Positions 23,426-36,744 of a DNA stretch of 64,000 nt are shown piece after piece. The notes beneath the pieces are model-generated. The model worked only from the letters and a program-made list of their open reading frames with translations. It ran no database searches and was not told where the DNA came from. The position numbers were made by a program, and so were the translations under genes. The stretch's first letter is position 1. Every line of letters starts with the position of its first letter. Source of the DNA: Camelus dromedarius (Eukaryota); the NCBI RefSeq assembly GCF_036321535.1, contig NC_087438.1, forward strand, positions 1,800,001 to 1,864,000, in the 5' to 3' direction.

Positions 23426-24849
23426 ATGACTGTACTAGGACTATGGGTACCTGTCGGCTGGTCCTTTCACCAGAGCAAATCAATCACAAATGAATTACCG
23501 GGAAGTAACCAAAGCAGCTACGGGAGCTCAGAGGCTGCGTGCCCACTGTACCGGCGGTCCCAGCTCCAGAGACCCTCGTGCTCTGGCTTATCTGGGACCC
23601 TCCTGGCTCTGCAAGCCCTGAGCAGCTGACACAGCGTTAATGGGCTAAGTCAGGAGACATGTGAGCTTGTTTGGTGGGGCTGTGCAGAACAAAAGCTGAA
23701 GGCAGGATGCAGTGCTCCAAGGTCAGGGAGATTCTGAATCAGCTTCAGAAAAGCATTTTGCAAGAAGCAAAAGCAAAAGAGGTTCAGTGGTCTGGTTCTT
23801 TAAGACCCGACACCACTGTGCAGACTGCAGCCAACAACAGCGTCACCCTGGGTGCCAGCGGTCTGCCCAGCCCACACGGAATCTCCGGTCTCACCACCGG
23901 CCCTGGGGCAGCTGGCTCAGGGGCCACCACCCAGGCCACAGGGGAGCAGACCAATGCCCAGACGTGCTGCTGAAGTGTCTGCACACCAACCAGGAGTCAA
24001 GGATGGAATCACCAATCCTCTGCCTGTCCACTCCTCCTCCACCCACACTTTGTGAGCTTGAATGTGTAAGTGAATGCAAGTGTGTGTGTGTGTGAGAGTG
24101 TGAGTGCACATGTGAGTATTGCAATCACATCTGCAGTTTTGAATCCCTCCCGGGAAGCAGCAGAAGAACAGAAAGCCATAAACTTTGCCAGAGCAGTTTC
24201 TGTGGAGGGTTAAGAGTTGGTATAGAAGGCAACATGTGGAAGACTGAAACTGAACAAAAGATGATGAAAGTATGGGCTTTGTGTCTAAACACCACTCCCC
24301 AGCATCAAAACAGGAGAAGCAAAACAAAGGGAAAATAATTTTTTTAAAAAAGAAATACCATCTTCAATTAAACAGAGACATTTCCAAAACGACCAACTAC
24401 AAACCAGGAAGACAATAAGCCAAATCCTGTGAAAATGTGCCAGATCTTCAACAATGACACATATGTGACAACCATTACCAAATAAGTTGTTTTAAGTGCA
24501 TTGAGAACTAGGGCTGTAGCTGGACCATGGGAAAGCAAACCCAGTTCAATATCAAGGAATGTCAGGGAAGTGCAAGCTTATGGGGAAATTATGCTGACAA
24601 GCATTTCCACCATCTACAGCTTGGCTTCCTTGAGGAGGAACTGACTCTGGGGGCATAGAAGTGAGGCCAGAGGAGGAGGCAGCACGGCCCAGCAGCACTG
24701 TGGAGAGCTTGTGCAGGAAATGCCTGGAAATTAGGGCATGAACTTCTCAGATAAAATGATTATCAGATTTCTTAAGATTTATATGAGACATCAAGTCCCA
24801 TTAAAAGCTAAATATTTTTCCAAATATTTTTCCACTTTTCCCTTCCTAA

Positions 24850-27800
24850 GCTCTCTTTCAGAGATCTGGGCATCACAAAATGAGTAATAATCACGAAGAA
24901 ATCAAAATGAGACCTGGTCCAATAGTTGAGAAAATAAAAGAAGAAAAGTAATATAAGCATTAAAAAAAGTAAATGAATAATATACATGAAAAAACTATCT
25001 AAAGAGTTCAGACTATTGGTTCACCATAATCTCAAAGAAATTGTAGATCATATCAGCTATTAAAACATGAACTAAAATGTAAACATAAATATTTAAAAGG
25101 GAGACTATACAATCATAGAAGAAAGAAATAAGTGAATTTACAGAATTCTGGAAATAAATTTAAGAGAAAGGTAGACATTTACAGAAATTAAAATTATAAA
25201 CAAACCAAGGAAAAAATAAAATAAAAAATAAAAGATATGGTAAATAGGCTTCAGGAAAGCATGCTATATTAAACATAGTAGATATTTGCCATTTGTCATT
25301 AACTTTGCCCACCCAACCTATGAATTTCTCTCAATGTTTGGTGAGTATCTTATTTTATGCCAGATTGCTTGCCTAGATTCCCTTGCAAATCAGACAAAGT
25401 AGAGTGATTTGGGTTTTGCCAATAAACACTCATAGAGGACTGGACACAGCAGAAGAAAGGATTAGTGAATTCAAACACAGGCTAATAGAAAGTCTCCAAA
25501 CTGAAAGATAGAGACAGACAGAGAGAGAGAATAGAAATACACACGTGGGCTGTGGTCAAATCATCTCACATAAAGTACAGTTGGAGATCAGAAGAAGACC
25601 AGAAATAATGGGCAGAAGAAACACTGGAAAAGATAATGACTAAGCATTTTACAAATTGATAAAAGAAAACATTAACCCACTGATTCTAGAAGCTCAGTGA
25701 ACTCAAAGTAACAAAAACAAAACACAGTTCAACAAGAAAAACATATACCAAGGCACATCACGGTCAAATTCCCTAAAAAAACAAAGATAAAGAAAGAACA
25801 ATCCTAAAGTAAGCTTAAGGCACAGAAAACATTGCACCAAAGGAGCAAAACTTAGAATTACAGATGACTTTTGAACAGAAGTTATGGAAGCCAGAAGACA
25901 ACAGATGTTTAAAGAGTTGGGGGAAGTCTGCCAACCTAGAACTTATTTCCTGCAAATGTGCACTGTAACAAGTATTACAGAATGGTCTTCAGGATGAATA
26001 ATAATAATACCACATGGAAGCATGTAACTTCAGAAAAGACCAAAGAGCACCTGAAAATGCAAATATGTCAGTAAATATACAGAGCAATGTTGTCTGGGTA
26101 AAGCAAAAACAAATAATTATAATTTGAGACATTTGTAATCTATGGACCTATTAAATATATTACAAAAATAACACAAAAAGAGAGAGTAAATAAACTGTTG
26201 TAAGATTTTTTCTCAAAGTTCAGGAAATAGTAATCATATCTATTTAAAGTAAATCATAATTAGTCAAAGATGTCTATAGTAATTTTTAGGGTAACTACAA
26301 AAAAACTTAAAATATATATATATATATTCAAAAAAATTAAACCAAAAAGAGATGAAAAAGAATTAAAGAATGGAACCAAAGAGGAAAAAAAATTGATAAA
26401 AAATATCCAGGTGATTAACTTGAAACAAATATATAAGTAATTATGCTAAATGCAAGTAGATTAGACATTTCACTCAAACTGCAAAGACTGTCATTCTGGG
26501 AGAAAATATAAGATCCAACTATGTGCTGCTTGCAAAAGGTGCACTGAGTATAAATGCAAAGAATGTACCATTACAGCATCTACAAACGTTAGAAAGATAA
26601 CACCTTTGTCAATCAATTTGAAATGGACTTTCCTTGAGACTGATACATTCTTGAAAATATGCATTTTATTAGAATAAAACACTGACACAGGAATAAATAC
26701 AGAATCTAATAAGTCCTATATCTGTCAGCAATATTGAATCTACAGTTGAAAACTTACCTGCCAACAACCTTCCGACCCAGAGAGCTTCACTGGTGAATTC
26801 TTCTAAGTATTTAAGGAAGTGGTAAGGCTATTATCCAAACTCTTCAGAAAACAGAGAAAATAGAAGCAATTCCCAACTCAATTTATGAGGCTGGCATAAT
26901 CCTGAAATAAAAATCTAAGAAGAACATTATGAGCAAATAAAATTATGGACCAGTATCTTTTATAAATATAGAAACAAAAATCCTGAGCAAAATGCTTGTA
27001 AAGAGAATGAGTCTACATAAAATTAATAAAGTATCCTGGTTGTTGCAGGAATATATGTTTACTTGGATACCTGAAATTTAATCACTGTGATTTACCATAT
27101 TAACAGAATAAAGGAGAAAAACCACATGATCATTTATTAGATTCACTAGAAGCAAATGTCTAATAAAATTCACAACCTGCTCTTAATAAAAACCTCCATC
27201 AAAGTAGAAATGGAAAGAAAAGCTTCCCAATATGGTAACAATTTAAAAACAAAACAAAACAAAAACAAAAACACCTGTAGTTGACATTTCACTTAAATAT
27301 CAAAGCTTTCTTCTCTAAGATTGAGAGTAGTCTGAGAATGTTTGCTGTCAATACTTCTATTCAACAATCTTCTAGAAATGCAAGTACATTAAATAAGGCA
27401 AGAAAAAGAAACAAAAGTTGTGAAAATTGAAATAAAATTACTCTTTATTTACCATGATTACATTTGTAAAAAGTCTGAAACAATCTATAGACCAGTAAAG
27501 TTAATGTGAATTTTATAAGGACACTGAATTCAAAGTCAATGTAAAAACAGTGTTTTCATGTACAAGTATCAAACAATTGAAAAACAAATTTTTATTATTA
27601 TTAGAGGTCAGCAAACTTTTTAAAGGGCCAGATAATGAATAATCCAGGGTTGTATACCACATATAGTTTCTATTGCATATTCTTTGTTCTCTCTTTTTTT
27701 TCTTGGTCTTTTAAAAACATGAGAATAATTCTTAGCTCACAGGTTGTACGGAAACAGGCTAGAGGCTCAATCTGGCCTGCGGGTCTCAGGTTGCTGACAC

Positions 27801-28960
27801 CTGCTCATAGCAACAAGGAATATTAAATACATAGGAATCAACTTGAGGGACGCTATGCATAACTTCTACACTGAAAACCAGAAAGCATAGCTGAAAGAAA
27901 TTAAAGAATACACAGAGAAATGAAAAATATACTATGATTTGATAAGGATTACTTTCTCAAGTAATTGTCCTGTGAGAATTTCCTGTCTGTATTAAAAAAG
28001 TGAAGAACTTCTGTTTGTCAAAAAACTTCAAGAGAATGAAAAAAATAATAATAAGCCCCAGCTGGGAGAAAATATTTGCATTAAATATATCTGACAAATA
28101 TCTCACAACCAGGACATGTAAGAACTCTTACAACTCAGTAAGAAAAAGTAATCATCAAATTAGAACAGAGCAAAAGACTTACATAGGCTTTTTATAAAAG
28201 GATATTAAAAGGCCAATAAGCAAATGTACTTGGCATCATTAATCAGCAAGGACATGCAAATTAAAACCCATCATCTGAGACCCCTACACACCCACCATGA
28301 GGAATAAATGAGAAAGACAGGCAATTCCAAGTGTTGATCAGGATGCAAGGACAATGGAATTCTACTACATTATTTTTAGCAATAAATTTGTACAACCATT
28401 TGAGATCTGTTTGACAGTACCTACCCTAGCTAAATACACATCTGTACTGAACCAGCAATCCCATTCCTCAGTGTGGGCCCAAGAGAATTAGCCTGTCTGT
28501 CCACAAAAGGGTATAAAAATGTTTGTAGAAAATTTATTCATAATAAGCAAAAAATACAACAGGAAAACGAATAATAAATTATGGAGTCATAGACTGTAAT
28601 ACTATATAACCATAAAAATAATGTAAAGCAATGATCTTGGTTCTACCTATGTGCGTGACTCCCACAAACCTTAGGCTGCACAATAAAAGCCATACACAAA
28701 AAAGCACCTGCTGTATTGTATGAGTCTGCTTGTAGGGAGTTTGACATGAAACAAGATTGATCTATTGAGATAAAAGTCAAATAGTGGCTCTTTTTGGGCA
28801 GAGAAGGGATAAATTATACTCAATGCGTTTTGTCTACTATTGAACTGGGTGGTGGCTACAAAGCATATGGGAAGATGCAAATTCATCAATTTGTTCAGTG
28901 TACACTTAAGATGAGCATGCTTCACACTAATATTTATGCATTTTTTCAAATTAAAAAAAA
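24850..28960 (+). mobile_element. Large, fragmented old L1 (ORF1 remnant, ORF2 EN/RT/C-terminal remnants, 3' end)
   Basis: A-rich; ORF1-like 'gacacagcagaagaaaggattagtgaa'; ORF2-like 'cttcactggtgaattc', 'cccaactcaatttatgaggctggcataatcctga', 'ggagaaaaaccacatgatc'; 3' end 'aaattcatcaatttgttcagtgtacacttaagatg'. Confidence 0.85.
27602..27803. mobile_element. hAT-Charlie MITE (MER58-like) inserted in the old L1
   Basis: Terminal inverted repeats tagaggtcagcaaac / gttgctgacacctg; internal 'taaagggccagata' and 'tctggcctgcggg' typical of MER58. Confidence 0.8.
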
Positions 28961-29894
28961 GGAGATTCAGAAAATGAAAATAAAAGTATACTATTTTAAG
29001 AAATTTGGCTATAAAAAGAGAGAGTTGTAGGCTGAGAAAGAAAACAAGCAAACACACTCACATACATAGATGCTCACCCAGTGAGCACCAAGGTGAGGAG
29101 ATAAATGGTTCTAAGACGACTGAAAAACCAGGAAGAACATCCAGCGTCCAGGGCAAGAAGTAGGGTTATAATGGGCAAATGAAGGAAAGGAAGCATAAGA
29201 AGATATATTTAGGAAAATGACTATTTAGATAAAGAGTGGAGAGTTGAAAGAACTCCCTGTTGGTAGCTGAGTTTTCTCAAGTCTAGGGCATCTCCGGCTT
29301 CTGACAGGGGCCAGGGCGACACCTGAAGACCACAGTGATGGTCTGCAGTGGGCCTTCCAAGGGCAGGCCATGCTGTGTGAGCCCTTCAGCAGGTCAGGGG
29401 TAAGAGCCTGAAGGTCACGGAATTGATTGTCTTCCAGAGGTTTTCACTATTGGGGGAAGACTGAGATTACAAGGAGGTTACAGATCCTGGGACTGGTGAA
29501 GGAAGTGGAGCTTGAGGTTGGATGGGGAAGGAAAGTAAGTCAGTAGGATGGAGTAGATCCCAAGGGAGAGGTCTCAGTGTAAACACATGAGAGAGAGAGA
29601 GGTGTAACAGGGGCGTGCACATCTGGGTTGGTCTCGGGGGTATTGCAGGAATTCTAACAGTGGAAATGCGTCACTGCAGCTGGGAGCCTGTTGGTAGGAT
29701 GGATGCCCTGGTTGTGGGCTTCAAAGTCACCCTGGGTGACGGCAGGATATGGGGTGGAGAGGAAGGCTTTGCTCACGTGTGAAAGTCCTTACCTATGGAC
29801 TCCCAGTGATGACAGTGGAAAGATACTGCACTGAAGACTCAGCTCACATGCTACTTTTATGCCTTTCTAGTAGAGGAACATGAGAAAAAGGTTT

Positions 29895-30342
29895 TGTGGT
29901 AGATTGTTGTAGGAAGGCTCCCAGTGACCCATGTCTCTCTGTGTCCACTGCTTGGGTTGTCCACTCCCACAATTACTGTGACCTGGGACTTGCTTTGGCC
30001 AATGGGACAACAGCAAACACGATTCAAGCAGAAGCTTGTAAGGAGCTTGCACAGTGAGGCTTATACCCTCTGGATGCCTTTTGAACCCTGTTGTGATTCT
30101 GTGAAGAATCCTGGGCTAGCTTATTGGAGGGTAAGATGCTGTGTGGAGCAGGGCTGAGTTTCACAGCTTGGGCCCTCTGCAACAGCCAGCATGTGAAGGC
30201 AGGCATCTTGGAACATCCACAGAGCTTGGCCAGAGCAGAAGGAAGAGCTGCCCTGCTGACCCAGAGGGAATTAATAAACGTCTGTCGTTTAAGCAATAAG
30301 TTTTTTGAGTCATTTGTTATATGGCAACAACTAACTTATACA
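29895..30342 (+). mobile_element. MaLR solo LTR (MLT1E/F/G-like), near full length
   Basis: Starts TGTGGTAG, contains 'gacttgctttggccaatggga' and 'aataaacgtctgtcgtttaagc', ends 'ctaacttataCA'. Confidence 0.85.
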
Positions 30343-30459
30343 CTTTACAAAAAATAAGACTGTTTTCATTCTTAGAACATTGCAAAACTATCTCTACCAT
30401 AATATTGTTTCTTTTTAAATAGGCACATTTTAAAAGAGATTATCTATTGGACTTGAGAC

Positions 30460-31347
30460 TGAAATGGATCAGAATATGTTATCCCCAAAACATGCCACTT
30501 TGTCACAAGGATCATTTTGAACCGAAGGTGATTGAGAATCAGCAGATGCAGGAAGAATTCTCTCCCCTCTTTGTTTCTGCTTTAAAGTAGGGCGTATATT
30601 TCCCTTAGTGCTCACATCTTTCTAAACCAGACCAGAAAGAAGAGAGTAGCTCCTATCATTGGAGACAGAGTTGGCCCCAAGATGAGATGACAGAAATAAA
30701 TTTCACTAAATTAACCCTTATCTTCCACTAGATTCCCCCGTATATTTCTTTTTTTCTTTTTTAAAAATTGAATTATAGTTGATTTACAATGTTGTGTTAG
30801 TTTCTGGTGTACAGCATAGTGATTCAGTTATACATACATATATATATATATACACATACATATACACACAAACACACATGCATACATACACACATATATT
30901 CCTTTTCAGATTATTTTTAATTATAGGTTATTACAAGATACTGAATAGATTTCTCTGTGCTATATAGTAGGACCTTGCTGTTTATCTATTTTATGTGTAG
31001 TAGTTTGTATCTGCTGATAGAAATTGGGGATTACCAGACATTTCCTTGTCACTTTCCCACAGTTTATCATCCCTTGAAGCCAAACCCTCTTTTCTTTGTT
31101 AAAATGATGTATAAGCCTCCAAGTCTAAACACTTTGTCGAGTTTCACTCCTTTTCTGTGAAGTCCTGCACACAGAAAGTATTATAAATATTAATAAATAA
31201 TAATTATAGAAAATAAATTTATAAAATAACAACAAATGAAATAGAAATGAAGTACTTCTTTCTCTTAATCTGTCTTGTCAGTTAAGTTCACAGGCCCCCA
31301 GTCACAGAACCCAAGAGGATACAAGAAGACATTTTTCTATCCTGACA
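30460..31347 (+). mobile_element. ERV1 solo LTR (MER34A-like), interrupted by an L1 3' fragment
   Basis: TG...CA ends; 'tcagaatatgttatccccaaaacatgccactttgtcacaaggatcattttg...cagcagatgcaggaaga'; TATA-like 'tgtataagcc', AATAAA and 'ttaatctgtcttgtcag'. Confidence 0.8.
30746..31016 (-). mobile_element. L1 3'UTR fragment, antisense, nested in the LTR
   Basis: Poly-T then 'ttgaattatagttgatttacaatgttgtgttagtttctggtgtacagcatagtgattcag...tgtgctatatagtaggaccttg'; reverse complement of the 22040 and 53473 family. Confidence 0.9.
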
Positions 31348-31579
31348 GTTTAATTAATGGAGTACCTTTTCCTTTTTTCCTATACATTTCAGGATTATTT
31401 GACTTTTTAGAATAAGCTTCAGTTACTTTTACTATTAGAGAAAAATGTTAAAAAATTTAAGAAACAGTGTAAATCCATCAAACAGGCAGTATTATATAAT
31501 ACCAAGCATGTTTAGTAATTATTTTTTCCTGATATCCAGCTCTAAGTTATTATTTACATATATTCTGATTCTAGAAAAT

Positions 31580-32130
31580 AGCAATAGGAAAATGAATTAG
31601 TAAATGAGGCAGTTTCCTCCAAAGACATCAGACTGGCCTCGTGAAATAGCAGTCGATAGACCAATTTGGCAAAGAGGGTGGGCTTTTTGACAAAACCGCC
31701 TTATTCTCATTAAAGCATGCAATGATTGCAGACTGGCTTTGAAGAGCCTTCTCTTTTCAAATCTGCCTCAGTAACACACAGAAAATAAGATAAAATGCCT
31801 TCTTTGCTTCCTCTCATTGATATGTCTGCTGTGTTTCAAATTTGAAGTAGTTTTTTTTGGGCAACGAAAATCAAAAAATCATTAAATGATGTTAGAGACA
31901 GCAGGAAGTGTGTAAGAATCATAGCCCATCTTGCTGTAGTTCGTATTATTTCATTATCTAAATCAGTGGGTAATGATTTCTTATATATCAAAGCTTATAA
32001 TTATTTTTCAGGGATGTGAACCATGGAGGAGAGGTGGGTGCTGAAGGATGATGTTGGTAAAAGAGCCGGGTTTCTGCTGAAAAGTGGAGGAATTCGCCCA
32101 AAGAGCAATTATGTAAATAAAATGTGCCTG
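31580..32130. promoter_or_regulatory. Candidate conserved non-coding element
   Basis: Long unique block with motifs such as ATGAATTAGTAAATGA, CATTAAAG, AATGATTG, ATCATTAAATGAT and GCAATTATGTAAATAAA; no recognisable repeat. Confidence 0.45.
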
Positions 32131-32517
32131 CGGCTAGAATAATCTGACTGTCACCCACTGACAGAAATGGCCCCAGGCTCAGGCCCGCACGCACGTATTC
32201 ACTTAGGGAGGTAGATTCAGCAGGGGCCAGAAAAACCCAGCAGTTTTAATTTATTCACTCCTGACTGTATAATGTTGGAAGGTGGGTCTTCCCTGTAGCT
32301 CTGCTTGTTTGCTAGAGATGGTTCTGGAGGAAAGAGCGTCATTAATACTTCCTTTTCCTCATCCAGACCCTTTAGTCTGAGTCCACAGTTTCCTCCTGTC
32401 TGAAAAACAAAACCAAAACGTCCACGAACACTGAGACCTTCTTGTCCTCCATTGGCTGTAAAACTCTTTGAAAGACCATCTTGGCAGAAGGAACCTTTGG
32501 AATGCATAAAGCATGAC

Positions 32518-32521
<4 letters not shown>

Positions 32522-32550
<29 letters not shown>
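32522..32550. repeat. Poly-A mononucleotide tract (29 nt)
   Basis: Read directly; no retroelement body recognised upstream. Confidence 0.9.
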
Positions 32551-32551
<1 letters not shown>

Positions 32552-34109
32552 AGCAGTCCAAATGGTACTGGCACGCTTGTATTTTGTCAAGCAGAGCCGT
32601 TATTTAAAAACAGATGTTTACTAGGGACAGTTTTAAAAAGAAAGAGCACGTTGTAACTCCAAAAGCTAGAGGAAGGAGATGATCTTGGGCCGTGCTTAGC
32701 TTTCTGAAAAATTCATGAAGCTGTCACTCTCGACATGTCTCTCGTGATCTTCCTGAGCTGCATCCTGCCCCACCATCCATCCCTCGTGGTCCAGGGCTGC
32801 GGGCCCGCGGTGGGTCTGGGGCCAGCCTTCCCTGCTCTGCGGTCCTCTTTCCAGACCCCCCGGACTCTGGGCTCCCCAATGCCCCCTCCATCCAACGTGT
32901 ACCCTCACTGCACACCTGTTCTGTGAGCTCTCATGCTGGGCTCCAACACCATCTGGGTCCCCCTGCCTCCCCCTGGGGAGGCCTCGGTGTGAGCTCCTGG
33001 GGGACTCAGCTATGACGGAGCCGGACGGAGCCGGCCCGGGGGGGCGCGGGGCCTCTCCACCCCTTCAGGGAACGCGAGCCTGGGTCTTCACCTGCTCCCC
33101 ACCTTACCTCTCACCCCGTCTAAGGGCAGCTAAGGAGGACAGGAGGGCTTCAGTCCTGCCACGCTCCGGGAGCCTCAAGGCACACCTGGATGGTGGTCTT
33201 TTCTCCAGTGTTTCCCAGGGCTCCTGTCCACTTGAGAGCTGGCGGCTTTTGCTTTTCAAACTCTCTTTTCACGGATAGTTGCCCAGCCCTTACTGCCCAG
33301 CTCCTTAACCAGGTGTTTCAGGTCACCCTCTGGTGGTCCCATCCCCATGGAGCCAAGGGGACCGGCCGCTGTGCCCTGTCCAAGCTCCGCCCGCCCGAAG
33401 GTCCTCTCCTGAACCCTGGCCATCTGTTCCAGCTCAGGGGCATCTCCCGTTTCTCTCTCAGCTTCTCCCCTCGTAACAATTGGCAAAATCGTCTCTGTGG
33501 TTATGAATTAGGGTGAGTAGGTCCTGGTGGTGGGCAAAGGGCAGGGCAGCCTTGTACCAAAGCCCTTTAGGGTTCAGACTGGGAACGGGGGCCAGGCTGG
33601 GGGCCACCTGCCACAGTCTTGTAGGGAAGGGGCCTGGGGGTTGGATCGGGGTCCTTGGGTAGAAAGCTGGGGTTCTCTGAGGGTGAGGGCGAGCTCTGCC
33701 AGGTGCAGCAGCAGGAGGCAGTCCTTGCCCCCCCAACACTGGCACTGGGACAATGTGCACCTGGAGCTCCCAGTGGGTGCCCTGTGGCCGGTGCCCTGGA
33801 AGAGGTTCCCCAGGACAGGATGGAGAGGCTGCCAGTCACACCCAGATGGAGGCAGACGGACAGACCCTCTCTCTCTAGGTGTTGGGAGCTCTGGGTAAGC
33901 CCCCGGGGTCCTCAGATAATTCCAGAGACAGACAGAGCCTCGAGAGGGAGACACCAGAGGTGCCGCTGGGGACACCAGGTGTGGGTTCGATGGCTCATCT
34001 AAGAACTGAAGAGACGCAGCACAAGAAGTGACAAACCTGAGTGACAACCGGGGACCGGGAGACCAGCGCCCTCCCGGGGTGCCCTGCCGCCCTGCGGCTT
34101 GCGGGTACT

Positions 34110-34275
34110 GTTTCGTTGCACCCTCCTGGCCCGCCAGGTGCTGTCGGTGGCCCCACTTCACAGATGGGGAAGCACGAACAGCAAGAGGTTAAGCAACCAG
34201 CTGCACCGCCGGCCCCCAGCCTAGTGTGGACGGCGAGCATCACCCCGGATGCGTGCAGACGCCCAGGGTCTCAGT
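34110..34275 (-). mobile_element. MIR SINE, antisense, GC-rich copy
   Basis: 'ccccacttcacagatggggaagcacgaacagcaagaggttaagcaacc' resembles the reverse MIR core. Confidence 0.6.
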
Positions 34276-36744
34276 GCCGTCCCGCTGCTCTCATCTGTCC
34301 CCCCGGGAGTGGGCCCCACCAGGGCTGGGGCAGAGCCACTGAGGCCAGAAAGCCCGGGTCTTCCCCAGCCCACCCTGCCCGTGAGCTCTCCAGGCCGTGC
34401 AGGGTGCGGCGAACAGCTGCGCTGCGGCTTGAGAGCTGGTCCAGGGCCATTGGCTACCTCAGCCCTCAGGGCGGCGCGCTGCGGAAGCTCTCGGTCATCG
34501 CGTCCTCGCGCAGGGACTGATGGAGGGCAGCCTCCTCCTCCCGGGACACTCATGTTTCAGCCGCAAAATCCCCAAACATAGGTGTCTGAACAAACCCTGA
34601 GCATGAGGTGAGACTGGGAGGCTGAACGAATGTTAGGTCAGTGAAATCACCCCAGTGCGCTCGGTGCCGGGTCTGGAAGATTTGTCCCCCTTCACCCTCT
34701 GCTGAAAAGGCACCCGTCCTCACCACGAAGGGAGGCAGGCCCTCTGCTCCTGAGAGCCTCCTGCCCACCCAAGGGGGAGGCCTCTGGCCTCCTGCCCAGC
34801 CCGGCCCCTGGATTATTGGCCCAAAGACTGAGGACAAGGGCCCCTTCCAGGCACCTCCTTTGGGGGACCCAACATCAGGGGTGCAGCCAGGAGACGGGTC
34901 CTGCTGGCAGCCCACTTTCCCTGGACACTCTGCACAGAGTGTCCCCTGCTTTGAGGACACGGGGGAATTTTGATTCACCCATCATGCTCATTCCTCAGTC
35001 TTCACTGCTCTTTGGACGCTGAGTTCTGGGAAATAAGCCCACTGCCCCGCTCTCGAGGGCTCCCCAGTCTACAGCAGGAGACTGAAGACTCCACTGCAGG
35101 ACTGTGAAAGTCTGCAGGGCAGCCAGCTCCCCTGGATGGCCGGGAAACACCGAGGGGCGACCTTGGGTGACCTGGGACCCCACGCGTGGGAACAGCGTGG
35201 ACCTGAAGCAGAGGTGGGTGGACATGGCTGTGAGCCTGGAACTGGAGGGACAGGAGGGGAGCCCCGTCTCTCACCTGCAGAAGGAGACAGGAGCCACTCC
35301 CCTGGGCCCCCTCTGCTGCCCACAGCCAGCCTCTCCAGAGACACAGGCGGCTGCTCCAGAAGGCTTGCTGATTAAGACCAAAAGGAAGAAAGGAAGGAGG
35401 GAAAACCACTAATTAGGGGATCTGCTTCAAGAAATGAGTGCACGTAACAAAGTGATCCCTCTCCGTCTCCCTGGGGTTCCCCCGGGCCAGTTAGGGGTGG
35501 GAGGAGGCTCGGCGAGGACCGGGGCCCTGATTCACCTGCACGTACCACGCGGGGCAGGACGGAGCCCGCCGCGTGCCTTGGCAGTTTAGACAGAACCCCT
35601 CGGTCCTGTTACCGCGTCAGCTCTGGGGAAAGCTTTGCACACGTGGGTGTGTTGTGTGCCGTGCACGTGCTGTGTGTGAGTGCGCCCTGTGCACCAGCGC
35701 GTGTGTGCTGCCTGTGGGTCGCGGGTGGATGTGAATGTGTGCGTGTGTGTGTCTCCCTCCCATGCTTGTTCCTGGGCCCTCACGCTGAGCAGGTATCGAG
35801 GACTGTGGTAACCCCTGGGCACCGCGAAGCCCAGACCCGACGCCAGGCTAACGGGACAGCCGAGGTCCGTGTGCGCTCGGTGCTTATTTCAGCAGAAGGG
35901 AGTGAGTGCCCTTCTCAGGGGAGAGAACCATCGTTCAGTGGCCAAGAACAGGCCTGGAATGAGAGTCCTTGGCCTTGAACTCCAGCCCCGTCCTTGCCGT
36001 CTCGGCACGTGGGAGAAGCTTCTAGAGGGCCCTTCGTGCCTCCACCAGCTGCCCCCCATGTCTGCGGCCTCCCCACTCTCCCGAGGACGTCCTGCTCCCT
36101 CCGTGTCCCTCTGACTCGGGGTTTGCGGGGCAAAAGAGCTGTCCCTTTCTTTCCAGTGGAGGCTGGAGGGCCGGGGTGGGGTCTCCCTGCCTCCCACCGG
36201 ACCACCTGATCAGGACCCGGCTGCCGGTAAACCCATCAGGGTGGTTTGCACACGTCTAGTCTGTGATCCTGCCCGGACGCCAGCCAGACTGTTGCCTCGG
36301 TGGGAGATGGAGTGACAGGGGCCAGGGTGGGAGTCAGGCTGAGGGCCGCAGGCCTGGCTCCGCCCTCCCGGGGCTGGTGGCCTCATCTCCCCAGGGGGCT
36401 CCCTCGGGCCCTGGGAGCGGGAAGCAGATGGTGAGAGTCGGGTGACCAGGGCACGCAGGCAGTGAGCAGGTGTGAGGGGTGTCCTCGCTTAGAACTGAAG
36501 CCACTTGACGTGAACTTCGAGACCGCGCCGTGAAGAGTCCACTCAGCCAGCAACACAAGGGCGCCCCTGGGGCCGCACGCCTCGGCCTGGACGCGGCAGC
36601 CCGCGGGGAGGGCGGTTTCTGAGACGAGAGTCTGAAGGCTTCCAGCTCCCTTCAGGGGAGGCGGTTGTCTGCTGCTCTTTCTTGCAGCAGCGGGTGGTTG
36701 CGGGGGGGTGGCCGGGCCGTCCCGTCTGTAACTGCGGTTACTGC

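Noticed and set aside
32480..32560. Processed pseudogene or SINE ending at the A29 tract
   Set aside because: No TSD, coding remnant or Pol III A/B boxes recognised upstream; it looks like a simple mononucleotide expansion.
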